A stretch of DNA of 64,000 bases, from positions 30,877 through 94,876 of the forward strand of contig CADBXO010000010.1 in assembly GCA_902798685.1 (NCBI GenBank), written 5' to 3'. Position numbers and translations under genes: made by a program. This DNA comes from an uncultured Bacteroidales bacterium. GTDB lineage: Bacteria; Bacteroidota; Bacteroidia; Bacteroidales; Bacteroidaceae. This document shows, piece by piece, positions 42,845 to 52,130 of this stretch. Every line of letters starts with the position of its first letter. The stretch's first letter is position 1. The notes under the pieces are model-generated. The model had not been told where the DNA came from, did no database searches, and saw nothing but the letters and a program-made list of their open reading frames with translations.

Positions 42845-43774
42845 ATGAAAAAGAAACAAACAACCAGTGAGAGTTTATCGTGGCCGCTTGAAATGGCCGC
42901 GGAGTTGGGAATTACCTTTATAGACCTGAAGCGGGATTTTGCTTTCAAATGGGCTTTCGGTACGCCCGGTCATGAAGATCTGCTTCTATTGCTGATAAAA
43001 GGGTTGTTGCCCGACAAGCACATTAAGAGCGTATCTTTAGGCCCACAAGAACAGCAGCCAGACCGCGAAGAATCACAAGGAGGAATCTATGACATATATT
43101 GTGAGACCGATGACGGATCATCGCTCACCATCGAGATGCAGATATGCTCACAGTCAGACTTCAATGACCGTATGGTGTTTTACTCAAGTTTCCCCATACG
43201 TAACCGTGTGGGACAGGGCATAGTTGTAAAAAACAATGTGGAGATATATCAGGAGTACAAATTACCGCCCATTTACACAATAGGAATTCTCAATTTTGAG
43301 CTCCAAGGGGTAAGTAAAAATGATCGTGTTATACGTCATTTCAGTATACGTGAGGATGAGGATGGCAACACTCAGTTTACAGACAGTGTACATTATATTA
43401 CAGTTGAACTGCCTAAGTTTATGAAAGAGTCATCCAATCTTTCAACATTGCAGGATTACATTTTGTATCTGCTCAAGAATATGGGACAAATGAAGGGGAT
43501 TACGAAAGAATTCCAAGGCAAAGGCTTGGATAAATTATTAGAAACATGTATGTTTGCCAATATGAAAGAGGATGTTCAAATGCAATACGTGCGGCGTATG
43601 ATGGCCGAGAAGGATCGTATAGGTCAGCTTGCTACGGCTAGGATTCAAGGTCTTGAAGAAGGTCGTGAGCAAGAACGTCTTAAAAATGCCAAATCAATGA
43701 AGGCCCGCGGTTTGGATGCGTCCCTGATTGCAGATATAACTGGTTTGACTACAGAACAAATAGCTGCACTCTAA
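42845..43774 (+). CDS. Rpn-family PD-(D/E)XK recombination-promoting nuclease / putative transposase
   Basis: FIDLKRDFAFKWAFG ... GGIYDIYCETDDGSSLTIEMQ ... is the pattern of the TIGR01784-type family. I prefer the ATG at 42845 to the TTG at 42836. Confidence 0.75.
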   Translation: MKKKQTTSESLSWPLEMAAELGITFIDLKRDFAFKWAFGTPGHEDLLLLLIKGLLPDKHIKSVSLGPQEQQPDREESQGGIYDIYCETDDGSSLTIEMQICSQSDFNDRMVFYSSFPIRNRVGQGIVVKNNVEIYQEYKLPPIYTIGILNFELQGVSKNDRVIRHFSIREDEDGNTQFTDSVHYITVELPKFMKESSNLSTLQDYILYLLKNMGQMKGITKEFQGKGLDKLLETCMFANMKEDVQMQYVRRMMAEKDRIGQLATARIQGLEEGREQERLKNAKSMKARGLDASLIADITGLTTEQIAAL

Positions 43775-43794
43775 AAGAGCATCAATCAATATAG

Positions 43795-43838
43795 AATCAG
43801 GACCTGATAGTCTATTTGCTGGCTTTCAAGTCCTGATT
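43795..43838. terminator. Hairpin between convergent genes
   Basis: AATCAGGAC...GTCCTGATT, a 9-bp stem with a 26-nt loop. Confidence 0.4.
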
Positions 43839-43849
43839 ACTTATTATAT

Positions 43850-44737
43850 TTATAAAACAGATACCCGGTATGTAAATGCCGTACTATTATCAACTTCAAG
43901 TTTGTTAATATAGTCCCTTCCCGAAATGTCTCCCGTATACCCTTGGTAGTCGCAGCGACCCATCCAGGGTTCAATGCAGACAAAGGGTGCGTTTTTGGCG
44001 GGCGGTGACCAGAGTCCCCATACGGGAGCATCCTGAGTCTCAACTGCGATATACGGGTTGCAGTCCTTGTCGTAGAGTATTACCTGATCTATCTGATGTT
44101 CCTCCAGTACCAGCGCGTCATTTGCAAAAAGGCCTGGAGTGAGGGGCAGCATGGCGTCGCTGTCCAGTTCCATAAGGCCGGCGCTGTCGCTGCGGTAACC
44201 ATCCTCTGTGAGTTGGCCTATTATGAGCCTGCTCAACGGTTCATCGCCCTGAGTTAGGCGGAAATACCCGTGAATGGGATCGTCCTTATGGAAATCGCGG
44301 TAGTTGAATCCGGGATGTGCTCCTATCTGGTAATACATGGGCTCACTGCCGGGGTTTTTTATACGCCACTCAATTATGAGAGTGTTGTCCTCAAGGCGGT
44401 AGGTTGCCTCCAATCTGAACTTATACGGGAAGACCTTGAGTGACTGCTCATCGGACTCAAGACAGAGTACCAGGCTCTCCTTGTCGTGACAGAGTACCTT
44501 GAAATCGCGGTCGCGGGCGAATCCGTGCTGAGGCAGGCTGTAGGTCTTGTCCCCCACTCTGTACTCTCCTTTCCACACCTTGCCCACTATGGGGAAGAGC
44601 ATGGGCGCATGTCGGCCCCAATAATCCTTTTGGGCGGTCCAGATGAGTTCCTCGTCGGAGTCCTTTCTTTTCAAGCTGGTCAGTTCGGCGCCGTGCAGGT
44701 CAATATCGGCACTTATAAGATCATTCTCAATAATCAT
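43850..44737 (-). CDS. Aldose 1-epimerase-family protein
   Basis: GAELTSL......E.IW......W.RHAPMLFPIVGK......Y......Y.LPQHGFAR is the mutarotase-superfamily (LacX/YihR-like) pattern. Confidence 0.75.
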   Translation of the reverse strand: MIIENDLISADIDLHGAELTSLKRKDSDEELIWTAQKDYWGRHAPMLFPIVGKVWKGEYRVGDKTYSLPQHGFARDRDFKVLCHDKESLVLCLESDEQSLKVFPYKFRLEATYRLEDNTLIIEWRIKNPGSEPMYYQIGAHPGFNYRDFHKDDPIHGYFRLTQGDEPLSRLIIGQLTEDGYRSDSAGLMELDSDAMLPLTPGLFANDALVLEEHQIDQVILYDKDCNPYIAVETQDAPVWGLWSPPAKNAPFVCIEPWMGRCDYQGYTGDISGRDYINKLEVDNSTAFTYRVSVL

Positions 44738-44779
44738 AGGTTAAGTAATTATGCATACGCGAAGGTAACGGATTTGTAT

Positions 44780-44787
44780 TATCTTTG
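44780..44787 (+). promoter_or_regulatory. -7 box TATCTTTG
   Basis: Exact TAnnTTTG 29 nt upstream of the 44816 ATG. Confidence 0.5.
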
Positions 44788-44815
44788 TGCATTCAGCTAA
44801 CCAAAAACAATCACA

Positions 44816-46069
44816 ATGAAGAAAATCCTGCTTGCTGTGGCGTTGTTTGTATGCGCATTCTCATACGCCCAGCGAATGAACGTTCTTGAGGAGATTGAAG
44901 CCAATCCTCAGAAATCCTACGGAACTGATTACCCTTACACTTTCGATGCTCCGGCCCTGACCAAGGCGCCCAAGGGTTACAAACCTTTCTACATAAGCCA
45001 TTACGCACGTCACGGCTCGCGGTATTATTGGAACAACTCGCTCTACTTGGAGTTGGACACCATTTTTACCGAGGCACATGATAAGCACCTTCTTACTGCC
45101 GATGGTGAGAAGTTCTATGAGCAGTACAAGGCGCTCTACCCCGAATTCATGGCCGGCATGGGTGAACTTACTCGCGTGGGTTGGGACCAGCATCAGGCCA
45201 TTGCCCGCAAGATGTATGAGAGTTTCCCCGAGGTGTTCAGGAAAGGCGGCACCATCCGCGCAATATCCTCCACTACGGGCCGATGCATAATCAGCATGAG
45301 TGCATTCTGCCAGGCCATGGTGCAGTGCAACCCCAAGATCGATATCTACGAGCAGGCATCCAGAGCCACCCTGCCCGGAGTAAAGCCCGATGCCGATGAC
45401 AACCCCTACCGCAAGCAGGCTCCCCGCGCCAGAGCCCAGCTGGATATGAGCAATTTCAACCCCGAGACCCCGCAGGTGGCATCTAACGATGAGATCGTGG
45501 CGCGTCTTTTTACCAGCACCGAGGGTCTGTCACGCAGTTCACGCCGCATATACAGCAACCTCAAGAACCTCTACACCTCACTGCCAAGCATCGGCCATGA
45601 GGAGCTTCTGGTGGGACTTTTCAAACCTGAGGAACTGACCGCCGGCTGGGAGCGTTCCAACCTGAACTCATACCGCAACTGGTACAGGGACATCAACGTG
45701 ATGAAACCCATCGTGCAGGACATTCTGGATCAGGCCAAGCTGGTCATTGACGGTGAGTGCAACGATATTGCATCCCTGCGTTTCGGTCATGACACCAACC
45801 TGGGTCCGCTCAACATCGTGATGGGCATCAACATGCCCAAGGGCGGCGTGACCGATGCCAGCCAGCTCAAGTACTATTTCCAGGATTTCCAGATTGGCAA
45901 GGCCGCCAACCTGCAGTTCATCTTCTACAAGAGCAAGAAGGACCCCGAGATCCTGGTTAAGTGCCTCCAGAACGGCTACGAGGTGCAGCTCCCGCTCGAC
46001 ACTGACTGCTATCCCTACTACAAGTGGAGCGATTTCTACGAGTACTACAGTGCTCTAATCAAAGAATAG
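44816..46069 (+). CDS. Histidine acid phosphatase-family protein (secreted)
   Basis: Signal peptide, the RHG motif in ISHYARHGSRY, and a distal HD (FGHDTNL). Confidence 0.7.
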   Translation: MKKILLAVALFVCAFSYAQRMNVLEEIEANPQKSYGTDYPYTFDAPALTKAPKGYKPFYISHYARHGSRYYWNNSLYLELDTIFTEAHDKHLLTADGEKFYEQYKALYPEFMAGMGELTRVGWDQHQAIARKMYESFPEVFRKGGTIRAISSTTGRCIISMSAFCQAMVQCNPKIDIYEQASRATLPGVKPDADDNPYRKQAPRARAQLDMSNFNPETPQVASNDEIVARLFTSTEGLSRSSRRIYSNLKNLYTSLPSIGHEELLVGLFKPEELTAGWERSNLNSYRNWYRDINVMKPIVQDILDQAKLVIDGECNDIASLRFGHDTNLGPLNIVMGINMPKGGVTDASQLKYYFQDFQIGKAANLQFIFYKSKKDPEILVKCLQNGYEVQLPLDTDCYPYYKWSDFYEYYSALIKE

Positions 46070-46751
46070 TTGGAATCTCCCCCAAAGAGTGGATGGTATA
46101 ATCAGGAGATGTGGAGTCTGACGGCTCCACATTTCTTATGTTGAACCAGATGGTGTGCAGGCCATAGGCTGATCCGCCGCTGATATCGGCGTTGAGTGAG
46201 TCACCTATGATTACGGTCTGGGCCGGAGCAGTTCCGGGCAACTGGCTGAAACAGTAGTCAAAGTATTCTTTTGAAGGTTTGTTGAAGCCTATGTCCAGCG
46301 AGCCGAAAACGCCGTCCACATACTGCATCAGCCCCGCCTTGCCCAGACGTGTGGACTGCTGAAGGTTGCTTGCGTTGCTCACCACATAGACCTTGTACCG
46401 GTTCTTGAGATACTCCATCACCTTATGTGCGCCCGATACGGGAACATGCGTCTCCCTGAGTCCGGCAATGAAATCCAGCTCGAACGCGGGCCCGTCGGCC
46501 TCAATACCCAAGTCACGGAATATGCCGGCCCATCGGGTCCGATGAAGTTCATCGACAGTTAGGAGTCCGTCCTCGATGCGTTTCCACAGTATGATGTTGC
46601 GGCTCAGGAAGAACTCGAACATGTGGTCCGAGTATTGGATGCCGTTCTTGAGGCAACAGTTGCGGACGTTCTCACGGGCACACTCCTTGAAATCCAGGAG
46701 CGTGTCATCGACATCCATCAGGACGGTGGTTATATCCTCTTTGCGGAACAT
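46059..46751 (-). CDS. HAD-superfamily hydrolase, YjjG-like nucleotidase subfamily
   Basis: VLMDVDDTLLDF (DxDxT), VVSNAS, and IGDSLNADISGG..YGLHTIWFN. Confidence 0.7.
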   Translation of the reverse strand: MFRKEDITTVLMDVDDTLLDFKECARENVRNCCLKNGIQYSDHMFEFFLSRNIILWKRIEDGLLTVDELHRTRWAGIFRDLGIEADGPAFELDFIAGLRETHVPVSGAHKVMEYLKNRYKVYVVSNASNLQQSTRLGKAGLMQYVDGVFGSLDIGFNKPSKEYFDYCFSQLPGTAPAQTVIIGDSLNADISGGSAYGLHTIWFNIRNVEPSDSTSPDYTIHSLGEIPTIL

Positions 46752-46757
46752 TTCAGG

Positions 46758-47153
46758 TTATTCCTCCAGCAGGAAGGCTATCTCGTCACCCTTGCTCAGG
46801 CGGCCGTTCACCACACTTACTATGGTAACCGTTGCCTGGATGCAGAGTTTCATATCGGCCTTACGGTAAATGTCCTGCTCAAAAATGAAACGGGCGCCCT
46901 CGCGGTGCAGGTTGAGGCATGACAGGAACTCCTCCTGGCCGTGCAGCGGACTCTTGTATTTGATGTTGATCTCCGATACCATTGCGTCAATGCCCTTCTC
47001 GTGCCACTGCTGGAAAGACTGACCGCGGCTCTGCAGCCACTTGTGGCGGGTATATTCCAGATAGTGCTGGTAATTGGCATTGTTGACTACGCCCTGAAGG
47101 TCGCATTCGTAGTCTCGGGTCTCAAGACTGGTTGTAAAAAGATACTCTTTCAT
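46758..47153 (-). CDS. 4HBT/YbgC-type acyl-CoA thioesterase
   Basis: 131 aa. RDYECDLQGVVNNANYQHYLEYTR is the hot-dog fold N-terminal signature. Confidence 0.7.
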   Translation of the reverse strand: MKEYLFTTSLETRDYECDLQGVVNNANYQHYLEYTRHKWLQSRGQSFQQWHEKGIDAMVSEINIKYKSPLHGQEEFLSCLNLHREGARFIFEQDIYRKADMKLCIQATVTIVSVVNGRLSKGDEIAFLLEE

Positions 47154-47213
47154 AGCACCGCGAAGTTAATGCTTTTTACTATATTTGATGCCATACACCG
47201 AAAGTTCAATCAT

Positions 47214-48776
47214 ATGGTCCAATCAATGATAAGGAAGGCTATTCTGGCTATATCAGCATTGGTCGCCGTATCCGCATCGGCACAGAATCCAGTTCAGTAT
47301 CTGTGGGGCGACCAGGGCAACGGCACCTACATCAACCCTGTCCTGAACGCCGATTATTCCGACCCTGACGTAATCCGCGTAGGTAAGAAATATTATATGG
47401 TGGCATCCGATTTCCATTTCCTGGGAATGCAGATACTGGAGTCCGATGACCTGGTAAACTGGACTGTCCTGACACAGATCTACAGCCGGTTTGACCTGCC
47501 CGGATGGGACGATAACCGCCATTATTCCGGCGGCTCATGGGCACCCTCCATCCGCTATCACGGCGGGCGGTTCTGGGTCTATTTCTGCACCCCCGATGAG
47601 GGCTTGTTCATGACATCGGCCAAGAAACCGGAAGGCCCCTGGGAGCCTCTTTGTCACGTAAAGGATGTTCCCAAGTGGGAGGATCCCTGTCCCGTTTGGG
47701 ATGACAAGGGCAACGCCTATCTGGGCCGAAGCGCCCACGGAGCCGGACCCATCATACTGCACCGTATGAGTGCCGACGGGCGTGAACTTCTGGATGACGG
47801 TGATACCATCTACACCGGACCGGTGGCCGAGGGCACCAAATTCCTGCGCAAGGATGGCTGGTACTACCTTATCATACCAGAGGGCGGTGTAGGCCAGGGC
47901 TGGCAGACGGTGCTCCGCTCCAAGGACCTGTACGGCCCGTATGAGCGCAAGGTGGTGCTGGAGCAAGGTCCCACAAACATTAACGGCCCGCATCAGGGTG
48001 CGCTGGTAGATACCCCGGAGGGCGAATGGTGGTTCTTCCATTTCCAGGAGACCAATCCCATGGGCCGCGTGGTGCATCTGCAGCCAGTGCGCTGGGAGGA
48101 CGGCTGGCCGCTAATGGGAGTGGATATGGACGGCAACGGCGTAGGCAATCCCGTAACCTCTTGGACCGTGCCCAAGGTAAAGAAATCCAAAGGACCGCAC
48201 GTGCCGCAGACATCGGACCACTTTGAAAGCAGCACCCTGAGCCCGCAGTGGCAGTTCTGCCATAACCCGCACAATGATTACTGGAGCCTTACCGAGAATC
48301 CCGGACGCCTCACAATCAGGGCACAGCGCTCCAGCAGCCTTATGATGGCGCACAACATCATCACCCAGAAGATTATGGGCTGGAAGAGCCTGATATCTGT
48401 AACGGTCGATGTAAGCCGTTTGGCCGATGCCCGCGCCGGCCTGACATCGATGGGCCAGTCATTCTACGCCATCGGAGTGACGGAGCGTGACGGCAAGCTC
48501 TGCCTGTATCAGGACGGCGGCTACCGCACCACCTATATTGATGACTTTGAGGTGGGCAACACCATCTGCCTGGCCCTTGAATACGATGCCCAGACCAACA
48601 AGTTCTGCTTCCTGGCCGGATCGGACCGCGGTTCACTGAAACCTGTTGGCACAGAGTTCAGCCAGCGCAGCGGGTTCTGGAAAGGCACCCGAGTAGGCCT
48701 GTTCTGCTGCAACACCCATGCCGATGGCGGTATGGCCCTGTTTGATGACTTTGAATATCCTGTAATTAACCGATAA
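47214..48776 (+). CDS. Glycoside hydrolase family 43 protein (beta-xylosidase/arabinofuranosidase-like) with C-terminal beta-sandwich
   Basis: Signal peptide AVSASAQ, then NPVLNADYSDPDVIRVGKKYYMVASDF, WAPSIRYH, and the GH43 EG block in LIIPEGG. The upstream part of the track ORF (46941-47213) is antisense to the thioesterase gene. Confidence 0.8.
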   Translation: MVQSMIRKAILAISALVAVSASAQNPVQYLWGDQGNGTYINPVLNADYSDPDVIRVGKKYYMVASDFHFLGMQILESDDLVNWTVLTQIYSRFDLPGWDDNRHYSGGSWAPSIRYHGGRFWVYFCTPDEGLFMTSAKKPEGPWEPLCHVKDVPKWEDPCPVWDDKGNAYLGRSAHGAGPIILHRMSADGRELLDDGDTIYTGPVAEGTKFLRKDGWYYLIIPEGGVGQGWQTVLRSKDLYGPYERKVVLEQGPTNINGPHQGALVDTPEGEWWFFHFQETNPMGRVVHLQPVRWEDGWPLMGVDMDGNGVGNPVTSWTVPKVKKSKGPHVPQTSDHFESSTLSPQWQFCHNPHNDYWSLTENPGRLTIRAQRSSSLMMAHNIITQKIMGWKSLISVTVDVSRLADARAGLTSMGQSFYAIGVTERDGKLCLYQDGGYRTTYIDDFEVGNTICLALEYDAQTNKFCFLAGSDRGSLKPVGTEFSQRSGFWKGTRVGLFCCNTHADGGMALFDDFEYPVINR

Positions 48777-48781
48777 ACAAT

Positions 48782-49266
48782 ATGACAGATTTTCTTGAAT
48801 TATGCAAGGCGCGCTACTCGGTGCGCTCGTTCTCGGACCGCAAGGTGGAGCCCGAGAAACTTGAAAAGATACTTGAGGCAGGGCGCGTGGCACCTACTGC
48901 CGTGAACTAGTGGCCAAGATGTCAAGTGTGACACCGTACATGTTCCATGCTCCGCAGGCGCTGCTGGTATGCTATGACGAGAACATCTGCTGGAAAAACC
49001 ATAAGCATGAGGAGGACGGACACTCCGCCGGCGAGATGGATGCCACCATCGTGCTCACGCACATGATGCTCCAGGCATGGGAGCTGGGTATCGGCTCCTG
49101 CTGGGTATGCAGCTTTGACTTCAAGGCCACCCGCCAGCTGTTCAACCTTCTGCCCAACATCAAGCCCGTTGCGCTCATGCCCATCGGTTATGCCGCTCCG
49201 GACGGTGTGGCATCGGACCGCCACCCCAAGCGCAAACCGCTTGCCGAGACCGTCCACTACCTCTAA
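48782..49266 (+). pseudogene. Nitroreductase-family gene disrupted by stop/frameshift (and probably a short internal deletion)
   Basis: 48782-48910 encodes MTDFLELCKARYSVRSFSDRKVEPEKLEKILEAGRVAPTAVN*, the nitroreductase N-terminus. The family continues in another frame from 48910 (…GEMDATIVLTHMMLQAWELGIGSCWV…PIGY). The expected QPW block between the two parts is missing. Confidence 0.65.
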
Positions 49267-49269
49267 TCC

Positions 49270-49412
49270 CGCCAAAGTGTCCCACAAGCACCTGCGCGAG
49301 AGTGCTCTCTGGGGCCGATGAGCGTGGGACACACCCCCTAAAATGAGGGTATGTAACACACTGAACCCCGCTACAAGGTCTGTGGCTGGGTTCGTTGTGG
49401 GACACTTTGGCG
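49270..49412. repeat. 18-bp perfect inverted repeat flanking a 107-nt GC-rich spacer
   Basis: CGCCAAAGTGTCCCACAA (49270-87) and TTGTGGGACACTTTGGCG (49395-412). A third partial copy, GTGGGACAC, is at about 49324. Confidence 0.85.
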
Positions 49413-49416
49413 AAAG

Positions 49417-49974
49417 TCAACGAAAGTGCTCAATAATCAGGAAGAGAGAAAGCAGACAGAACGTAACTATCATGATCAAAACCTGCGCGGTAAGTTTTCT
49501 CTTGGGCAAATCCCAAAGAGGAATGGGTTTGAGGTTATGCTCCTGGTTGTACTGGTCATAGGCGGTGCGGAGAATGTCGTAAGACTCCTGAGCCTTATTG
49601 GCATTTGCTCCCAGGTTGTAGCATGCAGGCTGAGAGTATTCGTCAAGCCATACTCTCAACTGTCCTGACTGCAAAGCCATATTCTTGATTTGAGAATACA
49701 GTATCTCTACTCTTTTGGAACTCATAGGTTTCCTAACCTCAAGACAGTCATTGTAAACAACCAACGTGGGTTTCTTCTTCCAAATGATATCCATCACCAG
49801 AAGTCCTATCGAAGGCAGTATGACAACGCAGAAAAGTGCCACGGGAATCCATGAATGATCGTGTATGTCGTTAGCCAGTTTCAACATGGCCAGCAACGAA
49901 ATTAATAATGTGCTTATGATACTGGCCCAGGGCTTGCTGTCGTAATGCTCGTGTATTATTTTTGTCTGTCCCAT
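49417..49974 (-). CDS. Membrane protein, unknown function
   Basis: 185 aa with 3 hydrophobic helices. It is the last gene of the SPFH-Arc operon and starts 3 nt after the Arc-like stop. Confidence 0.55.
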   Translation of the reverse strand: MGQTKIIHEHYDSKPWASIISTLLISLLAMLKLANDIHDHSWIPVALFCVVILPSIGLLVMDIIWKKKPTLVVYNDCLEVRKPMSSKRVEILYSQIKNMALQSGQLRVWLDEYSQPACYNLGANANKAQESYDILRTAYDQYNQEHNLKPIPLWDLPKRKLTAQVLIMIVTFCLLSLFLIIEHFR

Positions 49975-49976
49975 AG

Positions 49977-50141
49977 TTACTGTTTTGGTTTACGGCCGGC
50001 GCGACGCAGGGCATCGGCGATTATCCACTGCAGCTGGCCGTTCACGCTGCGGAACTCGCTGGCGGCCCATTCTTCAAGGGCCGTCATCGTAGCAGAGTCC
50101 ACCCTAAGCAGAAAGCTTTTTGAATCAGCGTCTTTAGCCAT
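49977..50141 (-). CDS. Arc/MetJ-type ribbon-helix-helix DNA-binding protein (54 aa; below the ORF-track cutoff)
   Basis: The reverse strand reads MAKDADSKSFLLRVDSATMTALEEWAASEFRSVNGQLQWIIADALRRAGRKPKQ*. F.LR.....(l)..A....RS.N..i is the Arc-family pattern. Confidence 0.7.
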   Translation of the reverse strand: MAKDADSKSFLLRVDSATMTALEEWAASEFRSVNGQLQWIIADALRRAGRKPKQ

Positions 50142-50153
50142 CTGTCAGTCAAA

Positions 50154-51086
50154 TTAATTGTAAAGGGTTCCGGCGTTAACAACGGGTGATGCAGGCTCGT
50201 CGCCGCAGAGCACTACGAGCAGGTTGCTAACCATTGCTGCCTTGCGCTCCTCGTCCAGTTCAACAACACCGTCTTTCTTAAGGTTGTCAAGAGCCATCTT
50301 GACCATTGATACGGCACCCTCAACTATCTTCTCGCGGGCGGCGATGATGGCATCGGCCTGCTGGCGGCGAAGCATTACGGCTGCAATCTCAGGGGCGTAT
50401 GCCAGGTAGTTGATTCGGGCCTCGATAGCCTCGATACCGGCTATTGCCAGACGCTCATTCAGAGTCTGCTTGAGAGCTTCGTTAATCTCATCGGCACCTG
50501 AGCGCAGGGTTACGTCATCGGCAGGATTGCTGTTCTCGTCATAGTTGTAACGGCCGGCTACCTGACGCAGAGCTGCATCGGACTGAACTGATACGAAGTT
50601 CTCAAATGCCCTCATTGTGGAGTTGAGTGATGTTACACCGCCGGGGGTCTGACCCATTGTCTGTGAATCAATCTCAAAAAGAGCCTTGTAAACGTCCTTG
50701 ATCTTCCAAACCATTACCAGACCTATCATGATGGGGTTACCGCTCTTATCGTTAACCTTGATGGCCTCGGCGTTAAGGTTGCGGGCACGCAGGGAGATTT
50801 TCTTCTTGGTGTAGAACGGATTTACAATCCACCAGAAACCGTTCTCGCGCAGAGTACCTTTATATTTACCGAAGAACACCATTGCGCGGGCTACGTTAGG
50901 CTCCAGCTGAACAAGTCCGCAAGCAATGAGAATCATGCACAGCACCATGATGGGCGAAATAATACCTGACAGGTTCAGAAAGTACATGTTAGTTACAACT
51001 ACGATTGCAACACAAACAAGAATCATAAGCAGTCCTACAAAACCGCTGACCTTCTTACCTTGAAATTCAAATTCTTTTGTTTCCAT
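50154..51086 (-). CDS. SPFH/band-7 domain membrane protein
   Basis: N-terminal TM helices, then [23 protein letters not shown]...ISLRARNL...[10 protein letters not shown], typical of the SPFH family. Confidence 0.75.
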   Translation of the reverse strand: METKEFEFQGKKVSGFVGLLMILVCVAIVVVTNMYFLNLSGIISPIMVLCMILIACGLVQLEPNVARAMVFFGKYKGTLRENGFWWIVNPFYTKKKISLRARNLNAEAIKVNDKSGNPIMIGLVMVWKIKDVYKALFEIDSQTMGQTPGGVTSLNSTMRAFENFVSVQSDAALRQVAGRYNYDENSNPADDVTLRSGADEINEALKQTLNERLAIAGIEAIEARINYLAYAPEIAAVMLRRQQADAIIAAREKIVEGAVSMVKMALDNLKKDGVVELDEERKAAMVSNLLVVLCGDEPASPVVNAGTLYN

Positions 51087-51110
51087 AATCCTTTATTGTT
51101 TTAATGTTAT

Positions 51111-51139
51111 TTTGATATCAATTTGATATCGCAAATATA
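51111..51139 (-). promoter_or_regulatory. Promoter (-7 box TATATTTG) with tandem GATATCAAA candidate operator
   Basis: The minus strand reads TATATTTG-C-GATATCAAA-TT-GATATCAAA. The two identical 9-mers (palindromic GATATC cores) are 11 nt apart, immediately downstream of the -7 box and 46 nt from the SPFH ATG. Confidence 0.5.
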
Positions 51140-51185
51140 AACGACATTTTTGAACGCGCCAAGCGTTTTGCAAATTTTAACAAAC

Positions 51186-51214
51186 GACGCAAAGGGGTCG
51201 TTACCCTTTGCGTC
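51186..51214 (-). terminator. Terminator hairpin of the MBL gene
   Basis: GACGCAAAGGG-GTCGTTA-CCCTTTGCGTC, a perfect 11-bp stem overlapping the stop codon. Confidence 0.65.
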
Positions 51215-52076
51215 ACTTTAATCCATTCTGGCTGCTGTAGGTGAGGCGGAATCCGTCACCCTCGGCCATCATGTCGTTGCCGCCGTTGTTACCGTCGCTC
51301 TTTATGCCCTGGCGCTTGCCGGTGAGAAGGTCATCGCACAGGTTTTTGATATCGGTCACACGCTTGGGGCTCTCCAGATTGTCGCCGCTGTAGTGTCCGG
51401 GATAGAGGAAACGTATATTGTTCTCCTTCATGTATTTCTCAACCTTCTGGGCCGATGCCTTCACGTTCGATAAATAGGTGAATACCAACAGGTTGGTGGA
51501 GCCGAACGCATCGCCGCTGAATCCGTAATGGTTCTCCTTGTCAAAGAATGTTACGCTGCCCGATGTATGACCGGGAGTGAACATCACCTCCAGTTTGCGT
51601 CCGCCCAGATCGATGGTCTCGCCATCGGTCAGGTGCTTGATCTCACCCCTGTATCGGCGCTGGCTGTTACGCAGCATCTGCTCATCGGCCGGACCTATCC
51701 AAACCTCGGGGAACGGCCCTACTCCGCCCACGTGGTCACCGTGTCCGTGGGTAAGAATCATGGTAACGGGCTTGGATGTGATACCGGCCACAATCTTATC
51801 CAGCCCCGGAACACGGGTGCCGGCATCGATCAGTACCGCACGGTCATTGCCCTCAACCAGATAGAGCGACTCGTTATATGTACGGTGTCCGTTACCTATC
51901 CAGGTATGCTCGTCCAGCTGGCGGAACACCACCTCATCGTCCTCATAAACCACCTTGCCGCGAAGGTCACGGCTGTTGACATCACTCTCCTGAGCCGACA
52001 TCGGCCCGGCAATAAGGCAAAGCAGAATTGCTGCAAACTTAGAATATCTCATAAGCACATTTTTTACGATACGCAA
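51213..52076 (-). CDS. MBL-fold metallo-hydrolase (secreted)
   Basis: Signal peptide, and the THGHGDHVGG (HxHxDH) motif. Confidence 0.8.
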   Translation of the reverse strand: MRIVKNVLMRYSKFAAILLCLIAGPMSAQESDVNSRDLRGKVVYEDDEVVFRQLDEHTWIGNGHRTYNESLYLVEGNDRAVLIDAGTRVPGLDKIVAGITSKPVTMILTHGHGDHVGGVGPFPEVWIGPADEQMLRNSQRRYRGEIKHLTDGETIDLGGRKLEVMFTPGHTSGSVTFFDKENHYGFSGDAFGSTNLLVFTYLSNVKASAQKVEKYMKENNIRFLYPGHYSGDNLESPKRVTDIKNLCDDLLTGKRQGIKSDGNNGGNDMMAEGDGFRLTYSSQNGLK

Positions 52077-52113
52077 ATATACTCTTTTTCGCCAAAGTGG
52101 GCGGGAAATGTGC

Positions 52114-52121
52114 TATCTTTG
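52114..52121 (+). promoter_or_regulatory. -7 box TATCTTTG
   Basis: Exact TAnnTTTG 10 nt upstream of the 52131 ATG. Confidence 0.5.
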
Positions 52122-52130
52122 CGGACCGAT

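Noticed and set aside
51528-52130. N-terminal 200-aa extension of the ABC-F ORF given in the track
   Set aside because: The extension runs antisense through the MBL hydrolase gene. The ABC-F family sequence begins at MESFLQIDGL (52131), right after a TATCTTTG box.
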